Positions 56,388 to 64,000 of a stretch of 64,000 bases of DNA are shown here, in pieces. The stretch is from Chrysomallon squamiferum (Eukaryota > Animalia > Mollusca): positions 620,001 through 684,000 of the forward strand of contig CM022670.1 in assembly GCA_012295275.1 (NCBI GenBank). Direction: 5' to 3'. The translations under genes were made by a program, and so were the position numbers. The notes beneath the pieces were generated by a model. The model did not search any database, was not told the DNA's origin, and was given only the letters and a program-made list of their open reading frames with translations. Each line of letters starts with the position of its first letter. Position 1 is the first letter of the stretch.

Positions 56388-56460
56388 AATGTAATAACTT
56401 ACTATTTCCGGTTGCTGCTGCTATGTTAAAAAGAAGTAGTATTTTAGAAAACCAGTCCAT
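32388..56460 (-). CDS. CA10: Secreted carbonic anhydrase-related protein, CA10/CA11 (CARP X-like) type, about 314 aa, 10 exons
   Basis: Exons (minus strand): 56403-56460 (signal-peptide-like MDWFSKILLLFNIAAATGN), 50028-50075 (WSLWWSYEGIS), 49400-49536 (GPSYWGEFNPQWTMCKYGRQQSPINI), 45313-45504 (NTGH..GPLSYNY..EIKFHF..GSEH..FPVE), 36524-36619 (MHVIAYNLDLY..KGLAIVAVF), 36095-36161, 35696-35850 ([28 protein letters not shown]), 33379-33507 (NARPLMPLNHRVIRTNINF), 32851-32890 (SRLCTMERDMHYQ), 32388-32410 (VNSIYLK*). Total 945 nt with all phases consistent. The WWSY, IRTNINF and C-terminal YQVN motifs are typical of CA10/11. The first exon is the least certain. Confidence 0.9.
41735..42775. mobile_element. 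Possible piggyBac-like non-autonomous element (degenerate)
   Basis: TTAA-CCC at 41735-41741 and GGG-TTAA at 42769-42775. Shared subterminal inverted motif gataaccactg / gataaccgctg. No transposase ORF. Confidence 0.4.
42174..42420. repeat. Compound (AAT)n / (ATT)n / (AAAT)n microsatellite
   Basis: Directly visible. It contains tracts in opposite orientations. Confidence 0.9.
42960..43128. repeat. 93-bp tandem duplication (2 copies)
   Basis: gttatgtgctcgttcgctgagctaaa(g/c)atactgatcacgtaata(t/c)aaactgt at 42976 and 43069. Confidence 0.9.
43209..43289. repeat. (AG)n microsatellite
   Basis: Directly visible. Confidence 0.95.
47554..48333. mobile_element. Tc1/mariner pogo/Tigger-type MITE, about 780 bp, right end eroded
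   Basis: Left end TA-CCGTATATACTTGTGTACAAG. The subterminal motif tgtataagtcg(ac) recurs at about 47586, 47643 and 48275, and inverted as tcgacttataca at 48321-48332. This repeated binding-site layout is typical of pogo-like elements. Confidence 0.75.
49168..49360 (+). mobile_element. Degenerate tRNA-derived SINE
   Basis: Pol III A-box-like head tggtccagtgggtagcgcgctcg, followed by a SINE-like tail (taacatccag..tagtgatgttaaaacaa). Confidence 0.35.
49655..49905. repeat. Degenerate (CTA)n/(CTG)n microsatellite
   Basis: Directly visible in a CA10-like intron. Confidence 0.85.
50246..50546 (-). mobile_element. Tigger4/Zombi (MER46)-like MITE, about 300 bp
   Basis: Imperfect TIRs caggttgaaatcccttatctcaaa and (reverse complement) ctggttgagaatactttatatgaaa, with TA on the left flank. 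The internal sequence resembles the Tigger4b consensus as I recall it. Confidence 0.7.
52517..52610 (+). mobile_element. tRNA-derived SINE head / tRNA pseudogene
   Basis: A-box-like gactaagtggt and B-box-like gagttcgtatcc at tRNA-like spacing. No cloverleaf could be formed. Confidence 0.4.
52875..52945 (-). mobile_element. Degenerate interspersed repeat (SINE body), related to the copy at 55589-55720
   Basis: The reverse complement ccagtttatcaaagactgtggaatatgttctcctgttt aligns with cctggtttataaaagaaatgtatggtatatatgtatcttgctgttt at about 55597. Confidence 0.4.
54620..54842. mobile_element. hAT-type MITE, 223 bp
   Basis: TIRs cagggccggattt and aaatccaaccctg. Flanking 8-mers accactat (54612-54619) and acccctac (54843-54850) match at 6 of 8 positions, consistent with an aged 8-bp TSD. 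Confidence 0.7.
55589..55720 (+). mobile_element. Degenerate interspersed repeat (SINE body)
   Basis: Similar to the minus-strand copy at about 52880 and to a fragment near 50610 (gcaccttcccataaag, reverse complement of a tatgggatggt-like motif). Confidence 0.4.
56299..56384. repeat. (AG)n microsatellite just inside CA10-like intron 1
   Basis: Directly visible. Confidence 0.95.
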
Positions 56461-56859
56461 TTCTTTACGCGTGTCGTTCTTGTAGTACTTAAACTGCAAC
56501 ACCCACACTAGTCTCAGCACACTTGTAAAACACTGCCATCAATTACTTTAAAATCCAGCCGAGAACCGCAATCTTTTCTTTCACTATTGTTTCACTAATG
56601 TTTCTGTGGCAAAACCTCCTTAATGCGGAGATGTATCTATTTGGACTGTAGACAAATAAAGAAACACATCAACTTTGGAAATCAGACTTAGTTTCGGACG
56701 TACGTCCTGTTCGGAAATACGTCTACTTCGGACACTCTCGTACTTACTTAGAACAAAATTCCTATCTCGTACATTTTGTAACTTTTTACAACTGTACACA
56801 AAACCTGTTCTCTGAAGCAACAGGCCTGGACACACTCGAAGATTGGCACTTCTCTGTGA

Positions 56860-56960
56860 TTGCGATAAACAGTAACCAATGATGAAGCGACCTGTTCTCG
56901 CTAACAGATTAAACCAATAATATCTCCCGTCTCATACACTGTCCACTTCTCTCCGCCGTC
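56860..56960 (-). promoter_or_regulatory. Probable CA10-like core promoter with two CCAAT boxes
   Basis: aaccaat at about 56874 and 56912, in CpG-retaining sequence 400-450 bp upstream of the predicted ATG at 56460. Confidence 0.35.
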
Positions 56961-58639
56961 GTAGGATTAGTGTGTATTTAGTCATATTAGTTTACAGTGC
57001 AGCGCCAAGGGATGGCTTGCAGGGAGGGGTTTGCAGCTTCACCCTTAATCTTCATCAATGTCAAATGCAGCAATGCTATTGGCTTAATTACCCGTTTCTC
57101 TGAGTTTACATATATTCAATATTCACCAAGAATGTACGTATGTATGTATGTGTGTTTCTGTATATGCTTCATGAGAAATAATCTTAATGCATATACGAAA
57201 AGAACCTGCTGTATACAATGGTTCAGATACTGTAAGTTTGAAAATAAATAATTTCTCAGTTTTAAGTAAAATATGTCTAATTGCATCTACGAAACAAAGT
57301 CATATTTTTATTCGAATATTGCAAATTCAATCGTAATTTGAAGATAAAATCCACCTATTCTTCTCTTGCAACAAAATTCTTATTCCCGGAATCCTTGTAT
57401 GTAAAATGTCTGGTTTTGTCGATTCTGTCTGTGATAGTGGAAGTGGGTAAACTGCTTTGACTAAAATATATATAAATCTCAATGAATCACTGATGTCGAG
57501 TTTTCTCGTTTAGATAGAACGCAGTTAATTTAAACAGTTCGGTTAAAATGACTTCGGTTAAAGAAAAAGACAGAGAAATCAACAAATCCAGGAATAAGTT
57601 TTAAATGAACAAATATAACGTTGTCCTGTTTTGAGTTTATATCACAAATGTCGCATTAACGATGGACAATGTACAAAATATAATGATGAAATATTAATAA
57701 AAATTAAAGCATTAAAAAACATGTTAAATATATATATATATAAGTTTATTTAATGCCACAGTGTGTATATGTGTATCTCGGCATATTTACTGGTATATGT
57801 TTTTATATAAAGATACTATATATTTATGTATATTTGTATATGTATTTGTGAAATTAATTGTGCGCTGTTATGTTTGTATTTGTAATCAAGTTAATATATA
57901 AATGAAATTAGTTTCTTGTTGCTCTGTATGCTGATGGTCAACACTTACAGAGTATATAATTGTTTTATTATTATTATTTTTTTTTTTAACTGAATGACAT
58001 ACCTGACAAAAGTCTTATGACAGGAAGTATAGAATTACTTACGTGTTTTCTTCTCAGATTTCTCGACTGATAATTGAAATTTGATCACACAGTGATTAAT
58101 TATTCCCGAATCTATGACTAGATTTGAGAAGATTCGAAGCGACAGAAACAATATGTCTCTGTGTTAATATTAAAAACAAGAGTAGTTTTAGTGTAACACA
58201 AAGAATCAAACAACAAACTTTTAAAATAATAATTTAATAATAATAATAATAATAAATAATAATAATAATAAGACGTGAAGGGCGGATGGAAGAATAAATG
58301 ACATTATGAGAGTGAGAAACTGAGAAGGATAGAATGAATGACCAAACGAATAAAATAGTGGACACTGTGTGAGTGACAGAAGAAATAAAAGACAGATAAT
58401 GTGAGGAAATAAAACAAAATGAGTTAGCGAATTCGGTCGTCTCGATATCAAGAGGAAATAATGAAAATAGATCTAGATGAAAAGAGTAATAGAAAAATGT
58501 CAGAAAGTAAGTAATGACAAAGTGACAAAACAAAAAAGTGAATGGTGTCTGTAGAAAATTATCTGTTTTTCTTTCTTCTTGCTCTGTGTCTTTCTTTCTG
58601 TCTGTTCTCTCGGCTTCTCTCTTCTTTCTTTCAAACTCC

Positions 58640-58669
58640 GTCTCTTTCTTCTCTCTCTCTCTCTCTCTC

Positions 58670-58752
<83 letters not shown>
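58640..58752. repeat. (CT)n microsatellite
   Basis: Directly visible. Confidence 0.95.
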
Positions 58753-58756
<4 letters not shown>

Positions 58757-59454
58757 TTCTTCTCCCTCTCCTCTCGCCCCTCTCCATATCCTTGAATTCC
58801 CCCCTTTCTCATTCTTGCAGTTTAAGATTACAGACACATTTGTAAAAGTTTTATTAACGGTTGTGTGTATTGATCAACACAACATCTTCCAAACTGTGTT
58901 CTGTCTTCACCGAGGTTTTCCTCTCTCAACTCAAAAGTCTGGATCTTCCAGCCGCGTGTGTAAGACTGACGGGATAAACGGAGCTAATAAAATTGCTTAT
59001 TAAAAGCTTTTGCAAGATGAGTGCTTGTGTCAGTTGTTGAAAATGAATTTAAAGATACAGAGATTGCGCCGATTCACGTCTTACCGAGTGTTTCCCACTT
59101 CTGTCGAATTTGTAACCATTGTCTCTGTCGATTATGCAGTTTTCAAGTTTACTCGTATTGTCTGTAGATTCGCTGCTGTTGTTGAAATTAAACCATTGTT
59201 TGTTAGTTCATTTACTGAATTATGTTGAAATGTAACGATTTTCTGTGGACTGAGCAACTATAAAATGTTAAACTAGTTTCAGGTTCGCTGCAATTTAACA
59301 ACCGCCTGTTGCTTTATTGGCTTTATAAAGTTTTTCTTCTTCTTCTTTTGTCAGCTTTGTTGAAATTTAACTTGTGTCTGTTTATTCAGAGACTGCAATG
59401 TGTTCACAGTTTTGTTGTAATTCAGCCAATTTTACTGTTTTAGTTATTTATTGC

Positions 59455-59592
59455 GTTTTGTCAAAATTTAACCATTTTCTGTTTAGTCATATAATTATTC
59501 TGTTTCCTGTTTTGTCAAAATTTAACCATTTTCTGTTTATTCATATAATTATTCTGTTTTCTGTTTTGTCGAAATTTAAGTGTTTTCTGTTC
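59455..59592 (+). repeat. 54-bp tandem repeat (about 2.5 copies)
   Basis: tc(a/g)aaatttaa recurs at 59461, 59515 and 59569, with unit gttttgtcaaaatttaaccattttctgttta.tcatataattattctgttt.ct. Confidence 0.9.
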
Positions 59593-61012
59593 GTTCCCTG
59601 ACAGTGACAAACAACAACAGATCACGGAATTGTTTTGTTGGTTTTTTTTTTTTTGTTTCTTGGTATTTTTAATTTTTTGGCTGATTTGTTGGTTGTTTCA
59701 TGGCTGGTCGACTGACAGATTGGTTGATTCTGTCGTCCAGTGATCAGTTTGAACTCGATGTTTAGTGTGTCTTCCCTCTCCGTAGATGGGCTTAATCGAA
59801 GGAAATTTTCGTTCGTGAAATAAAAGTAACTGTGAAGTTATGCACAGACTGATGTATGTTTCTATGTCTGTGAAGATAAACTGAAGTGTAAGTTGGAAAA
59901 CTGACAATGAAAGAAATAACAAATGAATTTCCTTTTTATCGTAGAATTAAAAAAAAAAATAAAGGAAAAAAAAATAAAAGGAAAAAAAATCACGGATGAA
60001 ATCTCCTACTTGACTTGAATTCGATACAAACACAGACCTTTGCTCTGAGAAATTTAATTTTGCAAGACGTTATAAAAATATGTTATTTTCTCCGTTTATT
60101 TTGCCTCCGCTCGCTGCTGGCTGGCAAGGGAAATCATTCCGCCCTGATACAGTCACCAGATTCGTCATTTGTTACCACAAGCATCGTAATAAAACCACAA
60201 TTACATTTCTCCCATGCGAGATTTACTTTAGAGTAATGTGCTTTTCATCGAACGAAATGTTTGCCTTTTTAAGTTCTAATTAGACGTCTGCTGAAAACAG
60301 TCTATAAGAAGTCTTGCATGAATGGTCTTCAGTCCGAGTTCATCTAAACAAATTATCCAATTCCAGTCTAATTATTAGTACACTGTGTACCAGTTCGCTG
60401 ACGTCAGTTCGCGCGGTCAGACTGAAGTGATCTCTGATACGTTTTCAACTTGTTTGTAGACTTGTATCGTTTGTCTCAAACAAATGGGTTTAATTCCAGC
60501 TTCATTTCCAGTCTGTTTCATTACACTGGCGTGATCAATTTTAGAGTGTATTGTCTGGAGCAATGGTTGGAACATGAAATAAAGGTAAAATGATATAATA
60601 ATTACGCCTCGGTCTGGGATAAGTGTTCTAGCACTGAACTAGAGACCGTCCCATGATAGTCAGCTTTGATTAAATAATGTGATCGATTCTGTTATCATAC
60701 ATGAACTATTATCAAAACTAGTCCAACCAAACTGCATTTTGAAAAAAATAAAAATTATAAAAAAAATAAACTTCAAGCAAATCATTACTATTCATTATCA
60801 GAGTATCTTTCATGATATTCGATTACGTAATGTCAGTGACAATTCCAATGTCCAATTCATGGCATTGTGTTATAAATCAATTGTTTTTCATTGTTCACAA
60901 TTCATTGATTAAATATCAGACTTCGTAGTAATTAAACTCGACTTCTTGGCCTTCCTAAATATATTAACTAGTTTAGATAATAAACTAGAAAACATCATTA
61001 CAAACTTTGTTA

Positions 61013-61186
<174 letters not shown>

Positions 61187-61477
61187 TGATCTGTATGATC
61201 TGCTCGCGTTCTCAAAACGTATTTTAATTTTTAACTCTGGTTTATGTCCAATTTCACATACTTAATTAAACGTGAAGGTAAAAAGAAATACAAACATGCC
61301 TGAAATGCATGTTAAAAATCATTTATCGTAAGACACTGTCTCATAAAATTGATAGTAATTAAATTTTATATTTTATTTCAGCAGTAATAAAAACGAAACA
61401 GGTAGAACAGAGAATATATTAATTAGAGCAAAAGATTTAAGAACAAGGTTAAATTATTTGAAGTTCTTGATGAGTGC

Positions 61478-61478
<1 letters not shown>

Positions 61479-61565
<87 letters not shown>
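61479..61565. repeat. (TC)n microsatellite
   Basis: Directly visible. Confidence 0.95.
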
Positions 61566-61567
<2 letters not shown>

Positions 61568-62877
61568 ATATATATATACAGATGCGTGAATTAGGCCATT
61601 ATCAAGGCGATTTAATTTAACTTTAGTCTTAAATCTTTGTTTGCACTAATTTAAATATTCTTTATTGTAGTCAATTTATTGTTATTTAACGCTCAAATGA
61701 TATAAAAAAAGATCAGTAGTTTTATGAGACAAAGTTTCAACAATAAATTATTTTAAACATTTTCAATCATGTAGGTTTTTATTTTATTTTATTTTTTTAT
61801 TTTTAATTTTTTCAATTTTTCGTTTATTTTATTTTTTTCTTTACTTCAACATTTAATTAAGTTATTTAGGATTAATATGAGGAACTGGATATAGTTTAAA
61901 TCAATTAAATTATACTTTGCGAATACAAATACATCCTTTTGAATAATTTTTTTTTTTTAAATATATATTCTGTTTATTTTTCAGAGCTTATTTTGAAATA
62001 TTAGCACACTGTTGAATGCTGACAAATCTTTAATCAGGTATAACAAGAATACATTCTTAAGAAAATACACAGACAAAGAAAAGGAGAAGAAATCAATTAT
62101 TTTTTAGTTTTTCCTGATAATAAAAATCGTGAGGAACAAAAGCTAATTCCAAAGAAAAAAGAGAAAACGACAAGAAAAAATTAATCAGTAAATAAAACAA
62201 AAAATAAAAAACCACAAAAACACTTATTTGAGGGTGAAAAAAATGGAATTGTTTTCTTTCTTTTTTTAAAAAAAAGCGATTTGTTTTCTGCACAAAGTAA
62301 ACGCAACATTTGTTACAATTCCCAGGCGATCACAACAAAATATAGCTTTAATTTAATGGGCGCAAATAATCACTGGAAAAAATCTTTAATTTACAGTTGG
62401 AATTGACTAGTGCGGTACGCACCGGTGTTCCTAACGCGACCGGGGCGCCTTGGGCCCAATAGAATACCATGAAGAACTCATAAAGCCGACGAGTGTCTGC
62501 AAGTCCTGATTGAACCAGTGCAGTCTAATGCATCCAAATGCGACCAGCGGCAGTTAGTACAGTCTTCGACAATCACAAAATGTATCGGGTTTCTTCTTCT
62601 TGTGAAACCAAATAATTTTCTATAGAGTTTACACCGAGTAGGTTCATAACCTTCGAGTTGTTTTACGACTCTGTCGGCGAAACGACCATCAACAACGACT
62701 TCGACAACCGACTATTTAAGTACTTTAGCCTTCGTTTTATATACGCTGGCTTAATAAATTATTTACGTATTTGAATATTTTTACAATTTAAATTTGGTTG
62801 CGGAATAGTCAATGAATTTATGTGTTACACAGACTGGATTATCTGTCTATAGAGTGAACTTTAAATAATATAAGGCC

Positions 62878-62928
<51 letters not shown>

Positions 62929-63900
62929 AAAACAACAACAACAAAACATAAACAAAAAACCCCCAAACAAACAAAAAAACCTGCGAAAATGTTCACTTTA
63001 TGTATTTAAATATTTCAAAGATTCAAAATTAACCTTTAGTAGTACAAACAAGTTGCTTAACTCAGTTTTGTTTGGTTAGTTCTACGTGGCAGTTTTACTT
63101 ACTACTACTACTAATACTACTACTACTACTATTGCTACTACTACTACTACTACTACTAATAATAATAATAATAATAACAATATTAATAATAATAAACTGA
63201 CAAAAATTGAAATGACGAATTTGAAAAATGATTTACTCAGTCTGTCAAGTTAATTTGCGCATACAAAGAGGCTGGGGATAAAATACGAATGTTTAAAAAC
63301 AATGGATTATCTGATGGAGTCACATATACGTGGGACCTTTAGCAATTACAGTAGAACAGTCAAAAACGCGTAACACAGAAGAAACTGGGTTAATAAAATC
63401 ATATTTTACAAGACGAATTTATGGGAGACTGCTGTAGTTACTAAAAACAAGGCAATATTCGCCGACCTTCGGACAGATCAGAGAGTTTCGCTAGATTAGA
63501 AGCCTCGTTTTGTTACCATTGAAGAAAGTAATGAAATAATATTGATTTCAGAGGAGATTCGTGCTCAGCATAGACATTGACATGGCTTCTGAACACTTGG
63601 GTAATATTTTCAAAACGACTAGGTGACGTTTGTTAGTGTATGTAGGTCTTGGCTCTGTCGGTTGTAAAACACGAATAAAAATATTGGTGGTAAATCCGAG
63701 GATAACGTTAATTGCGGTCTAGGTTTTGTCTGTGTCTTTGTGTTTGTTGTAGGAAATTGGACTGTTTGTTGTGTTTGCTCGGAGAATGAGATTTAAATTA
63801 AGAATGTATACGTGATATTCAACAAAGATAAGTGTGGAATTAAAAAGACAGAGATTAAGAGTCAAAGATTTAGAGAGAAATAGAGATTTAGAGAAATAGA

Positions 63901-63903
<3 letters not shown>

Positions 63904-63977
<74 letters not shown>
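63904..63977. repeat. (GA)n microsatellite
   Basis: Directly visible. Confidence 0.95.
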
Positions 63978-63981
<4 letters not shown>

Positions 63982-64000
63982 AAGTGAGACAGAGAGATAG

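Noticed and set aside
59698-59750. pre-miRNA-like hairpin
   Set aside because: The stem is short and imperfect, and it matches no conserved miRNA I recognise.

Overview
This is AT-rich, microsatellite-dense eukaryotic (animal) genomic DNA. A mollusc or gastropod source is inferred from repeat style only and is not proven. I assembled four spliced genes exon by exon from GT-AG boundaries with consistent reading-frame phase. WDR19/IFT144 is on the minus strand, with 29 exons in the window and its 3' end running off the left edge. TMEM232 is on the minus strand, with 13 coding exons and about 828 aa. LYRM7/MZM1 is on the plus strand, with 5 exons and 120 aa, head-to-head with TMEM232. A secreted carbonic anhydrase-related protein of the CA10/CA11 (CARP) type is on the minus strand, with 10 exons and about 314 aa over 24 kb. 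Almost all ORF-track entries are microsatellite or intron read-through artefacts. The CA10-like introns hold several DNA-transposon MITEs (Tigger/pogo, hAT, piggyBac-like) and degenerate SINEs. The most notable points are a CARP that lacks only one of three zinc ligands, a MITE resembling mammalian Tigger4/Zombi, a tandemly triplicated 3' splice site in TMEM232, two candidate in-frame alternative coding segments in WDR19, and a sharp mosaic CpG pattern. There are no rRNA, CRISPR or prokaryotic features, and I found no convincingly new multi-gene system.
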